A stretch of DNA of 64,000 nt from an uncultured Candidatus Rokubacteria bacterium (lineage in GTDB: Bacteria; Methylomirabilota; Methylomirabilia; Rokubacteriales; CSP1-6): positions 431,931-495,930 of the forward strand of contig CAVZOE010000021.1 in NCBI GenBank assembly GCA_963776725.1. Reading direction: 5' to 3'. The notes beneath the pieces are model-generated. The model saw only the letters and a program-made list of their open reading frames with translations, was not told the origin of the DNA and did not search any database. A program made the position numbers and the translations under genes. Positions 53,072 through 63,518 of the stretch are shown here, in pieces; positions within the stretch are counted from its first letter, which is position 1; every line of letters begins with the position of its first letter.

Positions 53072-54054
53072 TCATCGGCGTCGGGAGGGCTTCTCGCTGG
53101 GTCGCGCTCGCCGCCGGGGTGCTCGTGTGCGTCGTCGCGCTCGCCGCCGATGCCCAGCCAGCGCGTCGGTTCCGGATCGGCGTCCTCAACGCGGCGTGGG
53201 CAGCGAGCCACCCCACGGTGGAAGGGCTCAAGGCCGGGCTCAAGGAGCAGGGCTTCGAGGACGGCCGCGACGTCACCTTCGACATCCGCTTCACCGAGGG
53301 CAAGCTCGACGCGATGCCGGCGGCGGCCGCCGCCCTGGTCAAGGAGGGCGTCGACCTGATCTTCACCAGCCAGGAGGCTGCCACGCACGCGGCTCGGGAT
53401 GCGACCAAGACCGTGCCGATCGTGTTCACGCTGGTCGGTGATCCGCAGGCGGCCGGAATCGTCACCACGCTCGTCGCGCCGGGCGGCAACGTGACGGGGG
53501 TGTCGAGCCTGCAGACCGAGCTGGCGGCCAAGCGTCTGCAGGTGCTCAAGACGATCGCGCCCAACGTGCGCCGGATCTGGCTCATCTACTACGGAGTGGA
53601 CCGGAGCACGACGCCCATGATCGCCAGGGCGCGCGAGGCCGCGCAGCACATGAAGGTCGAGCTCGTGCCCCGGGGCGTGCTGGACGCCAACGAGCTGAAG
53701 CAGGTGCTGCGCGAGGTGCGGCGCGACGACGCCGTGCTCGCCCCGGAAGGCTCGAACCCCGATCTGGCCATCGCCATTCTCGAGCGGTCGCTCGCCGCCC
53801 GGATGCCCGTCGTCTTCGGCACCGCGCTGTGGGTCGGCTACGGCGGACTCACGTCCTATGGCCCCGACTACTACGCGCAGGGCGTGCAGGCCGCCGCCCT
53901 GGTCGCCAAAATTCTCAGAGGCACCCGGCCTCAGGACTTGCCGGTCGAGGGCGCCGAGCGCATCGATCTCGCGGTGAACCTCAAGACGGCTGATCTCCTC
54001 GGCATCACGGTGCCGCGCAAGATCCTGCTCCGCGCCGACGCCTTCCGACGATGA
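53068..54054 (+). CDS. PF04392-type ABC solute-binding protein (putative sensory solute-binding protein)
   Basis: There is a signal peptide, then ..FRIGVLNAAWAASHPTVEGLKAGLKEQGF... The stop overlaps the start of the kinase gene (ATGA). Confidence 0.65.
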   Translation: MIIGVGRASRWVALAAGVLVCVVALAADAQPARRFRIGVLNAAWAASHPTVEGLKAGLKEQGFEDGRDVTFDIRFTEGKLDAMPAAAAALVKEGVDLIFTSQEAATHAARDATKTVPIVFTLVGDPQAAGIVTTLVAPGGNVTGVSSLQTELAAKRLQVLKTIAPNVRRIWLIYYGVDRSTTPMIARAREAAQHMKVELVPRGVLDANELKQVLREVRRDDAVLAPEGSNPDLAIAILERSLAARMPVVFGTALWVGYGGLTSYGPDYYAQGVQAAALVAKILRGTRPQDLPVEGAERIDLAVNLKTADLLGITVPRKILLRADAFRR

Positions 54055-56465
54055 ACCGGCCCGCCGGCGGGCGGCTCTTCCGCAAGTACGTCGTCGTCCT
54101 GCTCCTCCTCGTCGGTGGCGTGCTGATCGCGTCCAGCCTGGTCGAGCTCTACTTCTCGTACCGGGAGACGCAGCGGGTGATCGTGCGCGTGGAGCGCGCG
54201 AAGGCGGTGGCCGCGGCCACCGGGATCGAGCAGTTCCTGACGGAGATCGAGCAACAGGTGCGTGAGACGACCCGGCTCGTCTCCGACGACCCCGACGCCA
54301 GCCAGGTGGGGCCGGTCCGGCTCGGCTTTCGCGAGGGACTGGGCGCCGCGCTGGCCGAGCAGCGCGAGCTCGACTTTCTGAGAATCCTGCGCAACGTCCC
54401 GGCCGTCAGCGCGCTCCGCCATCTCGACCTCGCCGGCAAGGAGCAGCTGCGCGTCTCTCGCCTGGATCCCGACGTCGTCGGAAGCCAGGAGGACTTCTCG
54501 CGGTCGCCCGCCTTCCTCGAGGCGCGCACGGGCAAGACGTACTGGAGCCCCGTCTCCCTCAAGAACGGATCGGAACCGTACGTGACGCTGGCCCTGCCCG
54601 TCGGCAAGTACGCCGTCGAGGTGACCACGGCCGACGTGAGCCTCGGCGCCGTGCAGAAGATCGTCGCGCAGATCGAGGTCGGCTCGGACGGCTACGCCTA
54701 CGTGGTGGATGCGCAGAACCATCTGGTCGCTCATCCGGATGGCCGCGTGCTTCGCGCCAGGCGCGATCTCTCCTCGCTCGTGCAGGTGCGCGCCGCCCGC
54801 GCGCAGCCCGCCGGCACACCGACCGACGACACGGCCGCCGTGGTGGCCGATGGCCTGGGAGGCGAGCGGATCCTGGCCGCGCACGCGGCGATCGCGCCGC
54901 TCGGCTGGCTGGTGTTCGTCGAGCGCCCGGCGGCGGCCGCCTACGCCCCGCTGCGCGCGCCCATCGTCCGCAGCGTCGTCATCTTCGTCATGGGCCTCGG
55001 GCTCTCGATCCTGGCCAGCATTCTCCTGGCCCGGCGGATGGTCGCGCCGATCCGGACACTGCAGGAAGGCGCGGCGCGAATCGGCGCCGGCGACCTCGCC
55101 CATCGCATCGAGATCCGGACCGGCGATGAGCTGCAGACGCTCGGGGACGAGCTCAACCGGACGGCCACCCGGCTCGAGGAATCGTACGCGGGCCTCGAGC
55201 GCAAGGTCACCGAGCGCACGCGCGAGCTGACCGAGGCGCTGCAGCGTCTGACCGCGCTCTCCGAAGTGGGGCGGGCGGTCAGCTCGACCCTAGATTTACA
55301 GACGGTGCTCAACAGCATCGTGGTGCACGCCGGTCCCCTCGCCGGCGCCGACGGCTGCGCGATCTACGAGTACGACGAGGCCACCCAGGAGTTCCATCTG
55401 CGGGCGACCCACAACTACGATCCGGCGCTGGTGGCCTCGATCGGCGCCTCACCGCTCCGCAAGGGTGAGGGCGTGATGGGGCGCGCGGCCGAGCAGGGCG
55501 AGCCGATCCAGATCCCCGACATCACACAGCCCGGCGCCTACGAGACGCGGCAGCGCGACGTGCTGGTCCGGGCCGGGTTCCGGGCCCTGCTCTCCGTCCC
55601 GCTCCTGTTCGAGGACCGCATCATCGGCAGCCTCTCGGTCAACCGCAAGGCGCCGGGCGAGTACAGTCCCGACGTCATCGAGCTGCTCAAGACGTTCGCG
55701 ACACAGTCGGTGCTCTCGCTCGAGAACGCACGGCTGTTCCGCGAGATCGCGGACAAGAGTCGCGAGCTCGAGATCGCCAGCCAGCACAAGTCCGAGTTCC
55801 TGGCCAACATGTCGCACGAGCTCCGCACGCCGCTCAACGCGATCATCGGCTTCTCCGAGGTCCTGCTCGAGCGCATGTTCGGCGAGATGAACGACAAGCA
55901 GACCGAGTATCTGCACGACATCATGAACTCGGGGCGCCACCTGCTCTCCCTGATCAACGACATCCTGGATCTGTCCAAGGTCGAGGCCGGGCGGATGGAG
56001 CTCGAGCCCTCGGAATTCCACCTGCCCACCGCGCTCGACGATGCCTGTACCCTGGTGCGCGAGCGGGCGTCGCGACGGGACATCGCGCTGCGGGTCACCG
56101 TCGACGAGCGGATCGGCGAGGTGCGCGCCGACGAGCGCAAGATCAAGCAGGTGATGCTGAATCTCCTGTCCAACGCGATCAAGTTCACGCCGGAGGGCGG
56201 CCGGATCGAGGTCCGCGCGGTGCCGGTGAACGGGTTCTCGCAGGTCTCGGTCACCGATACCGGGATCGGCATCGCGCCCGAGGATCAGGACGCCGTGTTC
56301 GACGAGTTCCGCCAGGTCGGCACGAACGCGGCCCGGCGCGAGGGTACCGGCCTGGGGCTCGCGCTGTGCCGGAAGTTCATCGAGCTGCACGGCGGCAAGA
56401 TCTGGGTGCAGAGCCAGGTGGGCGCGGGCTCCACCTTCACGTTCACCATCCCGGCCGGCGCCTGA
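54051..56465 (+). CDS. Sensor histidine kinase: large periplasmic (Cache-like) domain, HAMP, GAF, HisKA and HATPase_c domains
   Basis: Two TM segments flank a ~270-aa periplasmic region. A HAMP domain and a coiled coil follow, then a GAF domain (..GCAIYEYDEATQEF..). The H-box is ..FLANMSHELRTPLNAI.. and the G-boxes are DTGIGI and GTGLGLA. Confidence 0.85.
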   Translation: MNRPAGGRLFRKYVVVLLLLVGGVLIASSLVELYFSYRETQRVIVRVERAKAVAAATGIEQFLTEIEQQVRETTRLVSDDPDASQVGPVRLGFREGLGAALAEQRELDFLRILRNVPAVSALRHLDLAGKEQLRVSRLDPDVVGSQEDFSRSPAFLEARTGKTYWSPVSLKNGSEPYVTLALPVGKYAVEVTTADVSLGAVQKIVAQIEVGSDGYAYVVDAQNHLVAHPDGRVLRARRDLSSLVQVRAARAQPAGTPTDDTAAVVADGLGGERILAAHAAIAPLGWLVFVERPAAAAYAPLRAPIVRSVVIFVMGLGLSILASILLARRMVAPIRTLQEGAARIGAGDLAHRIEIRTGDELQTLGDELNRTATRLEESYAGLERKVTERTRELTEALQRLTALSEVGRAVSSTLDLQTVLNSIVVHAGPLAGADGCAIYEYDEATQEFHLRATHNYDPALVASIGASPLRKGEGVMGRAAEQGEPIQIPDITQPGAYETRQRDVLVRAGFRALLSVPLLFEDRIIGSLSVNRKAPGEYSPDVIELLKTFATQSVLSLENARLFREIADKSRELEIASQHKSEFLANMSHELRTPLNAIIGFSEVLLERMFGEMNDKQTEYLHDIMNSGRHLLSLINDILDLSKVEAGRMELEPSEFHLPTALDDACTLVRERASRRDIALRVTVDERIGEVRADERKIKQVMLNLLSNAIKFTPEGGRIEVRAVPVNGFSQVSVTDTGIGIAPEDQDAVFDEFRQVGTNAARREGTGLGLALCRKFIELHGGKIWVQSQVGAGSTFTFTIPAGA

Positions 56466-56472
56466 TCCGCTC

Positions 56473-57360
56473 GTGACCCGGCCGGCCCCGGTGATGCCCG
56501 CGGCGCGGCGCGGCGCCCTGCTGGTGGCGGCGGCGGCGCTGTGCTGGAGCAGCGGCGGACTCATCGTGCGTCTCGTGCACACCGAACCGTGGACCACCAG
56601 CCTGTGGCGCAGCGTCTTTGCCTCGGTGTGCCTGGCCGTGGTGCTGAGCGTGGCGCGCCGCCGCAGCATCGTCGCGCAGTGGTGGGAGGGCGGACGCCCG
56701 GTCCTGCTGGTCGCCTCGTGCATGGCGCTGGCCTCGACGTGCTTCATCTTTTCGCTGGCGCACACCTCGGTGGCCAACACACTGATCCTCATGTCGCTCG
56801 GACCCTACGTGGCCGGCGCGCTGGGCTGGCTGCTCCTGGACGAGCGGGTGGCGCCGCGCACGTGGCTGGCCATGGGCGTCGCGATGGCCGGCGCGGTCAT
56901 CATGGTGTCCGATTCGTACCGGCACGGCGCGATCATCGGCGACATCCTGGCGATGGTCATGGCGGTGAGCTTTGCCGTGGCCACCGTGCTCATCCGCCGG
57001 CACCCCGACGTGCAGATGACCTCGGCCGCGGCGCTGGCCACCGCGCTGACCGGGCTGATCGCGCTGCCGATGGCCCATCCGCTCGAGGCCACCGGACGCG
57101 ACCTGGCCTTGCTCGGCTTCTTCGGCATGGGGCAGTTCGCCGTCGGCTTCCTGCTCTTCATGGCCGGCGCGCGACTGATCCCGGTGGCGGAGAGCTCGCT
57201 GATCGGCATGCTGGAGACGGTGCTGGGGCCGCTGTGGGTCTGGCTCGTGCTGAGCGAGCGGCCTGGCGCGGCGACGCTGACCGGCGGAAGCCTCATCCTG
57301 GGCGCCCTCGTGGTCAACGCCGCCGTCGACCTCGTCGCACCCCGTCGAGGGGTATCGTAG
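56473..57360 (+). CDS. DMT-superfamily (EamA-like) transporter, 10 TMS
   Basis: Two EamA repeats are present, and the product is hydrophobic. Confidence 0.7.
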   Translation: MTRPAPVMPAARRGALLVAAAALCWSSGGLIVRLVHTEPWTTSLWRSVFASVCLAVVLSVARRRSIVAQWWEGGRPVLLVASCMALASTCFIFSLAHTSVANTLILMSLGPYVAGALGWLLLDERVAPRTWLAMGVAMAGAVIMVSDSYRHGAIIGDILAMVMAVSFAVATVLIRRHPDVQMTSAAALATALTGLIALPMAHPLEATGRDLALLGFFGMGQFAVGFLLFMAGARLIPVAESSLIGMLETVLGPLWVWLVLSERPGAATLTGGSLILGALVVNAAVDLVAPRRGVS

Positions 57361-57426
57361 GGCGGCGACCGAGGTGGACTCACCCTCATCCCCGCCGGGT
57401 CGGAGCGGGACCGAAGGAGACGACGA

Positions 57427-58206
57427 ATGCTGGTCGAGTACGCCTGCAGTGACCGCGTGGCCACGCTCACGCTCAACCGTCCCGAGAAGCTCAACGCCTT
57501 CAACGACGATCTCGTCGTGGCGCTGCAAGATGCGCTGCGGCGCTTCGACGCCGACCCCGAGGCGGAAGTGGCGATCATTCACGGCCGCGGCCGGGCGTTC
57601 TCCAGCGGCGCGGACGTGCAGCAGCGGCAGCTCCGCAAGCGCGAGGAGTTCGAGCGCCTGGGCGGCCCGCAGGGCTTCGGCGCCCACTCCGGCGACCTGC
57701 TCACGAAGTCGGTCAACTGGAAGCCGGTGATCGCCGCCCCGCACGGGTACGTGCTGGGCCTGGCGGTGGGCATCGTGCTGGAGTCCGACCTCATCGTGGC
57801 CGAGGCGGGGACGAAGTTTCAGATCACCGAGACGCCCCGCGGCCTGGGCGGCGCCAAGTACTGGGGCATGATGCACTTCCGCGGCGCCGGCGCCTTCGGC
57901 ACCGAGGTGGCGCTCACCGGCCGCTTCTTCACGGCCGAGGAAGCGCTGGCCGCCGGGGTGATCAACCGCGTCGCGCCCGCCGGCGCCTACCTGGACGCCG
58001 CCCGCGAGCTGGCGCAGGCCGTGGCCAAGAACCCGCCGCTCAGCGTACGGGCCACCGTGCGCTCGCGCCGCTGGTACATGGACCAGCTCGGACGCGAGAT
58101 CGTGATGCAGATGGCGCCGCTGAAGCTCTATCTGACGGAAGACTTCCAGGAAGCCGCCCGCGCGTTCACCGAGAAGCGGCCGCCCGCGCCGTTCAAGGGA
58201 CGCTAA
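57427..58206 (+). CDS. Enoyl-CoA hydratase/isomerase (crotonase family)
   Basis: Motifs are ..VATLTLNRPEKLNAF.. and ..RAFSSGADV... Confidence 0.8.
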   Translation: MLVEYACSDRVATLTLNRPEKLNAFNDDLVVALQDALRRFDADPEAEVAIIHGRGRAFSSGADVQQRQLRKREEFERLGGPQGFGAHSGDLLTKSVNWKPVIAAPHGYVLGLAVGIVLESDLIVAEAGTKFQITETPRGLGGAKYWGMMHFRGAGAFGTEVALTGRFFTAEEALAAGVINRVAPAGAYLDAARELAQAVAKNPPLSVRATVRSRRWYMDQLGREIVMQMAPLKLYLTEDFQEAARAFTEKRPPAPFKGR

Positions 58207-58230
58207 GATACCGGCGAAGGAGATATCGCG

Positions 58231-59020
58231 ATGGCGTTCATGGACCAAGGACGGCTTTCGCCTCTACTACGAGGACACCGGCGGCAACGCGCCCACGGTG
58301 CTGTTCCTGCACGGCGCGGGCGGCAATCACCTGAGCTGGTGGCAGCAGGTGCCGGTGTTCGCCGAGGAATACCGGTGCGTCACCGTCGACCAGCGCGGCT
58401 TCGGTCAGTCGCCCGACGTGGCGGGCGGGCCGGGCCCCGCCGCGCTCGCGACCGACGCGCTCGCGCTGCTCGACCACCTGGGCATCGCGCGCGCCGCGCT
58501 GGTCGCGCAGTCGATGGGCGGCTGGGCGGCGGTGGGAGCGGCCGTGCGCGCGCCCGGAGCGATTCTGGGCGATCGCGCTGGCCAACACGGTCGGCAATCT
58601 CACGAATCCCGAGATCGCCGCCGTGCGCCAGCGGCTCGCCGCCGCGAGCCCGCCCCGGCCGCGCCGTGCTGTGGCACGCGGCGCTGGGCCCGACGTTCCG
58701 CGCAGGAGCACCCGGTCCGGTCCTTTCTCTACGCGCAGATCGCCGGGCTCAATGCGCCGCTGCTCCGCCGATTTCCGCGAGCAGCTCGGCCGTCTGACCA
58801 CGCCGGTGGAGCGCTACGTCGCCACCCGGCGTGCCGACCCTGTTCCTGACCAGCGACGAGGACGGGCTCATCTGGCCCGAGCTGTCCACGATGGTGCACG
58901 CAGCACGTCCCCGGCTCGCGCTTCGAGCGCGTGGAGGCGGCCGGCCACTCGACGTACTTCGAGCGGCCCGACGTCTTCAACCGCGAGGTGGGCGCGTTCC
59001 TCAAGGGGCATCGGCCATGA
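58231..59020 (+). pseudogene. Alpha/beta hydrolase, at least 3 frameshifts
   Basis: Fragments read ..DGFRLYYEDTGGNAPTVLFLHGAGGNHLSWW.., ..AALVAQSMGGWAAV.. and ..EAAGHSTYFERPDVFNREVGAFLKG.. Confidence 0.55.
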
Positions 59021-59806
59021 GGTGGTGTCGCTTCCAGTCCGGCCGCACGGTCGCCTACGGCATCATCGACGACGACAACACGGTGACCGAGGTCACGGGC
59101 AGCCCGTTCGAGGAGCTACGCGCCGGACGTCGAACGACGTCCGCCTGAGCCGGGTCAAGCTGCTCGTGCCGGTCATTCCCCCGACGTTCTATGCCGCCGG
59201 CGTCAACTACCGCGAGCACGTCACCGAGATGGCCCAGCGGCGCGGCGTGAAGCCGGAGTTCCCGCCGAACGCCGACGTCGGCTACCGCGCCAACAACGCG
59301 CTGGTGGCGACCGACGAGCCGATCGTCATCCCCAGGGACGCGACGGACCAGGTCCAGTACGAAGGGCGAGCTGGTGGTGGTGATCGGCAAGCGCTGCAAG
59401 CGCGTGTCGGAGGCCGAGGCGCTCGATTACGTCTTCGGCTACACGATCGGCAACGACGTCAGCGAGCGCACCTGGCAGCGCGGCGACCGCACGTTCTGGC
59501 GCGGCAAGAACACCGACACCTTCAAGCCGATGGGCCCGTGGATCGTCACCGGCCTCGATCCCGACGACGCTCCGGGTCACGATCCGGCTGAACGGCAAGG
59601 AGATGTTCACCTACGCCGTCAAGGACGCGATCTTCGGCGTGCGCCAGTTCATCAGCCGCATGAGCCAGTACCTGACGCTCTACCCCGGCGACGTGCTGTG
59701 GATGGGCACCGACGGCGCGACCGAGAACATGAAGGACGGCGACGTCGTCGAGGTGGAGATCCCGGACATCGGCGTGCTGCGCAATCCGGTGATCCGCGAG
59801 CGGTGA
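59017..59806 (+). pseudogene. Fumarylacetoacetate hydrolase (FAH)-family hydratase/isomerase, at least 3 frameshifts
   Basis: The start overlaps the upstream stop (ATGA). Fragments read ..LLVPVIPPTFYAAGVNYREHV.., ..[37 protein letters not shown].. and ..[14 protein letters not shown].. Confidence 0.55.
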
Positions 59807-59830
59807 CTCGGCAGGACCGACAGCAAGCCC

Positions 59831-60505
59831 ATGCGAATCCTGGTCGTCGAGGACGACAAGAAGATCGCGTCGTTCATCGCCGGCGGCCTCCGGCAAGCCG
59901 GCTTCGCCGTCGACCAGGCCGCGGACGGCGAGGAGGGGCTGCATCTCGCGCTGGCGGAGCCGTACGACGCCGCCGTGATCGACGTGATGTTGCCGAAGCT
60001 GGACGGGCTCGCGCTGGTGCAGCGGGTGCGCCGCGAGCGCGTGGCCACGCCCGTCATCATCCTCAGTGCGCGGCGCTCGATCGATGACCGGATCAAGGGC
60101 CTGCATACCGGTGCCGACGATTACCTGACCAAGCCGTTCGCGTTCTCGGAGCTCCTCGCGCGAATCCACGCCCTGCTGCGCCGCGCCACCGGCGCCGCCG
60201 AACCGACGCGGGTGGTCGTCGGCGATCTGACGATGGACCTGCTCGCCCGACAGGTCACGCGAGCCGGGACGCGCATCGACCTGCAGGCGCGGGAATTCGC
60301 CCTGCTCGAATACCTCATGCGCAATGCCGGCCGGCCGGTCTCCCGGACGATGATCCTCCAGCACGTCTGGGATTACGCGTTCGACCCGCAGACCAACGTG
60401 GTCGAAGTGCTCGTGTCACGCGTGCGGAGCAAGGTCGACGGCGACCTCGGAGCCCCGATGATCCACACGATCCGCGGCGTGGGCTATGTCCTCCGAGCGC
60501 CGTAG
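59831..60505 (+). CDS. OmpR-family response regulator
   Basis: The receiver domain reads [18 protein letters not shown], followed by a winged-helix domain (..IRGVGYVLR). Confidence 0.85.
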   Translation: MRILVVEDDKKIASFIAGGLRQAGFAVDQAADGEEGLHLALAEPYDAAVIDVMLPKLDGLALVQRVRRERVATPVIILSARRSIDDRIKGLHTGADDYLTKPFAFSELLARIHALLRRATGAAEPTRVVVGDLTMDLLARQVTRAGTRIDLQAREFALLEYLMRNAGRPVSRTMILQHVWDYAFDPQTNVVEVLVSRVRSKVDGDLGAPMIHTIRGVGYVLRAP

Positions 60506-61898
60506 CGCCTTCTGGTCGACCGTCGGGTTCCGGCTGGCGGTGTGGTCCAGCACGGTCTTCGTCGTGGGCGCGCTGACCATGTTCGGGCTCGCCTACGTGC
60601 TGCTCTCGGCCTCTCTCGACAGTCGCGACCGCGCCGCCATCCAGCTGGAGCTGAAGGAACTGGCGGGCGAATATCGCGGGGGCGGACTCGAGGGGCTCGG
60701 CCGGTTCCTCGACTTTCAGGAGCAGTCCGACTCGAGCGAACCCTTCCTCGTCCGCGCCATGGATCGACAGCATGTCGTGCGCCTCGTCAAGGTGCCTCCC
60801 CAGTGGTCGGGCTATGAGCTCCGCGGTCTGGACACGCCCAGCGACGGTACCGGGATTCAGTGGTTCTCGCTCCGCGCACCGCAGGAGAACAATTCGCTCG
60901 AGGTGGCGTCCCACCGCCTCGAGGACGGCACTGTATTACAGGTGGGCAAGACCACGGAGGACCGGCGGGAGGTGCTCGCCCACTTCCGGGCCGCCGCCGC
61001 GCTGGCCGCCGTCCCCGTGCTGCTGCTCGGGGCGGTCGGCGGGGCTCTCCTCTCCCATCGCGCGCTGCGCCCCATCCGACGGATGATCACCACGGTCCGG
61101 TCGATCGAGGGCGGAGCGCTCAGTGCCCGCGTCACCGCGCGACGGACGGGCGACGAGCTCGACGAGCTCGGCCGGCTGTTCAACGGCATGCTCGACCGGA
61201 TCGAAGCGCTCATCCGGGGCATGCGCGAAGCGCTCGACACGGTGGCGCACGATCTTCGGACCCCGGTCGCCCGCATCCGCGGCGCGGCGGAGCTGGCCCT
61301 TCAGTCCGGCGACAACATCGAGGCCGCGCGCCACGCGCTGGCCGAATGCGTCGAGGAGTCGGATCAGCTCCTCACCATGCTGAACACGCTCATGGACATC
61401 TCCGAGGCAGAAACCGGAACCCTCCACCTGCGGCTCGATGAGGTGGACGTGACGGCCCTGCTGGACGACACCGCCGACCTCTACCGGCACGTGGCCGACC
61501 ACCGGCGGATCACGATCGGTATCGACGGCGAGCCCGGACTCCGTGTCACCGGAGACCGAGCGCGGCTCCGCCAGGTGCTGGCGAATCTGCTCGACAACGC
61601 GATCAAGTACACGGCGGCCGGAGGCCACGTGAATCTCCGCGCCCGCCGGGAGGGCGCCGTGGCGATGTTCACGGTGCAGGATACCGGCATGGGGATCATG
61701 CCGGAGCAGATCCCTCACGTCTTCGACCGACTCTACCGGGGCGACCAGAGCCGGAGCGAGCGCGGCCTGGGCCTCGGCCTGAGTCTGGTGCGCGCGATCG
61801 TCGGCGCGCACCGCGGCCAGGTCGAAGTCTCCAGCACGCTCGGCGTGGGCTCCCTCTTCACCGTCAGGCTGCCCGCCCCGCCGGTCGATCCCCACTGA
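60486..61898 (+). CDS. Sensor histidine kinase (partner of the OmpR-type regulator)
   Basis: Two TM segments and a HAMP domain. The H-box is ..[13 protein letters not shown].., the N-box is ..[12 protein letters not shown].., and the G-boxes are DTGMGI and GLGLGLSLV. The start overlaps the response-regulator stop. Confidence 0.85.
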   Translation: MSSERRSAFWSTVGFRLAVWSSTVFVVGALTMFGLAYVLLSASLDSRDRAAIQLELKELAGEYRGGGLEGLGRFLDFQEQSDSSEPFLVRAMDRQHVVRLVKVPPQWSGYELRGLDTPSDGTGIQWFSLRAPQENNSLEVASHRLEDGTVLQVGKTTEDRREVLAHFRAAAALAAVPVLLLGAVGGALLSHRALRPIRRMITTVRSIEGGALSARVTARRTGDELDELGRLFNGMLDRIEALIRGMREALDTVAHDLRTPVARIRGAAELALQSGDNIEAARHALAECVEESDQLLTMLNTLMDISEAETGTLHLRLDEVDVTALLDDTADLYRHVADHRRITIGIDGEPGLRVTGDRARLRQVLANLLDNAIKYTAAGGHVNLRARREGAVAMFTVQDTGMGIMPEQIPHVFDRLYRGDQSRSERGLGLGLSLVRAIVGAHRGQVEVSSTLGVGSLFTVRLPAPPVDPH

Positions 61899-61928
61899 CC
61901 GCCCTTCGCCGCCGTGCGGCGCGGCGGA

Positions 61929-63518
61929 TCAGCGGGAGACTGGCGGCAGCTCCCCTCGCGCACGGACGATGACCAGCGTTTGCCCCCCGACGGAGCGCTC
62001 CTCCAGAGCGCTCACGTCCAGATCGGCGGATGCCCGGACGTCATTCCACGTCCGCTCATTCGTGACGACGATCGGGTGGTCCGGCCGAGACACGTAGTCG
62101 GAGAACTGAGCCAGGGTATGGGTGGAAAAGACGCGCCGTCCCAGGTAGTAGTCGAGCGCGAACCAGCGACCACCGAAGACCCCGACCGCTCCGCCGTGGG
62201 CGTGCCGTTCCACCGCGGCCGCCAGCGCCGGGAAATCCCAGATTTCGTTGTAGCGTCGATTGTGAAGTGTGATGCCGTACCCCAGCAACACGGTCATCGC
62301 CGCGATGACCCCGTACATGAGCACTCGCGGCGCGGCGGTGTACAGACCCCACGACAACGCGCCCGCCAGCAACAGGAGTGCGGCCATGAGCGGCAGCGAC
62401 GACCAGCCCGACACCACCACGTACGGTGGCCGCCATGCGAGGGTCTGTGGCCAGCAGAGGGTGACGACCATCACGCTGCCGGCAACCAAGGAGACCATGG
62501 CGAGCCCGCGCCGGGCCGTGCGGAAGGCATCGACTGCGCGGGCCGACCACCATGCCACCAGCAGCGCCAGCGGCGGGGTCAGCGGCAGCAGATACCGCGT
62601 CCGCTGGTTCGTGATCGGCACGAGGACGAAGAATGAGACCACGAACCAGATCAGCAGAAGCCGAACGACGGAGGAGCTCCGGTTTCGAATCGCCGCGGCC
62701 AAGACCAGCGGCGCCAGGAATGTCCACGGTAAGCACATGACCACGGCATCGCCCAGGAGCTTGGCGAGCTGCGGGCGGCCCGCGTACCGGAGGAGCCAGT
62801 CCTGCCAGATCACGTCGTCCGCGAAAGCGGTGCCGCCCATGGTGACGAACGGCGCGAGCCACGTGAGCGTGATCAGCGTGAACGCGAGGGCGCCGAGTGG
62901 GCTCCAGAGGCGCCGGAGGCCGGCGGGGCCACGCTCGGTCCACAGCCACACGCCACAGATCAGGAACGGAAGCAATCCGACTGGTCCCTTGGCATAGACG
63001 GCGGCCGCGGCGGCCGCGTAGAACACGATCGGGGCGCTGACACGCCGACGCTCGGTGTGCTGCCAGAGGACGAACGCGTGCATGGCCACGCACATGAAGG
63101 CCACGACCAGCATGTCGGGCAGGATGAGCTGACTGTGCGCGAAGAAGCCGTAGGTCACGGCCAGCGCCAGGCCTGAGCGCACGCCGAGCCCCGGTCCCAG
63201 CAGCGTTTCGCCGATCAAGCACGTGAAGACGACGGCTCCGATCGCGGCCATGGCCACTGGAAGCCGTGCGGTCAGCCCTGTCACGCGGCCGCCCGGCCAC
63301 GAGGTGAGCGCGATCATCCACGCGTACAGTGGCGGTTTCTCGCGGAAGCGCTTCGCGCGGACGTGGACGTCGAACGCCGCGTGGTGCTGCAGGACCTCCT
63401 GCGCGTAGATCACAAAACGGACCTCGTCCGAGGGCGCGAGCACACGCTGGCCGAGCGGCGGCAGGATCAAGAGCCCCGCGACGGCCGCCACGAGGAGCGC
63501 CGCCCGAGTCCGCGTCAT
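61929..63518 (-). CDS. Glycosyltransferase family 39 (ArnT/PMT-like undecaprenyl-phosphate-sugar transferase), polytopic membrane protein
   Basis: The 529-aa product has many TM segments and GT-C architecture. The start overlaps the upstream stop (ATGA). Confidence 0.65.
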   Translation of the reverse strand: MTRTRAALLVAAVAGLLILPPLGQRVLAPSDEVRFVIYAQEVLQHHAAFDVHVRAKRFREKPPLYAWMIALTSWPGGRVTGLTARLPVAMAAIGAVVFTCLIGETLLGPGLGVRSGLALAVTYGFFAHSQLILPDMLVVAFMCVAMHAFVLWQHTERRRVSAPIVFYAAAAAAVYAKGPVGLLPFLICGVWLWTERGPAGLRRLWSPLGALAFTLITLTWLAPFVTMGGTAFADDVIWQDWLLRYAGRPQLAKLLGDAVVMCLPWTFLAPLVLAAAIRNRSSSVVRLLLIWFVVSFFVLVPITNQRTRYLLPLTPPLALLVAWWSARAVDAFRTARRGLAMVSLVAGSVMVVTLCWPQTLAWRPPYVVVSGWSSLPLMAALLLLAGALSWGLYTAAPRVLMYGVIAAMTVLLGYGITLHNRRYNEIWDFPALAAAVERHAHGGAVGVFGGRWFALDYYLGRRVFSTHTLAQFSDYVSRPDHPIVVTNERTWNDVRASADLDVSALEERSVGGQTLVIVRARGELPPVSR

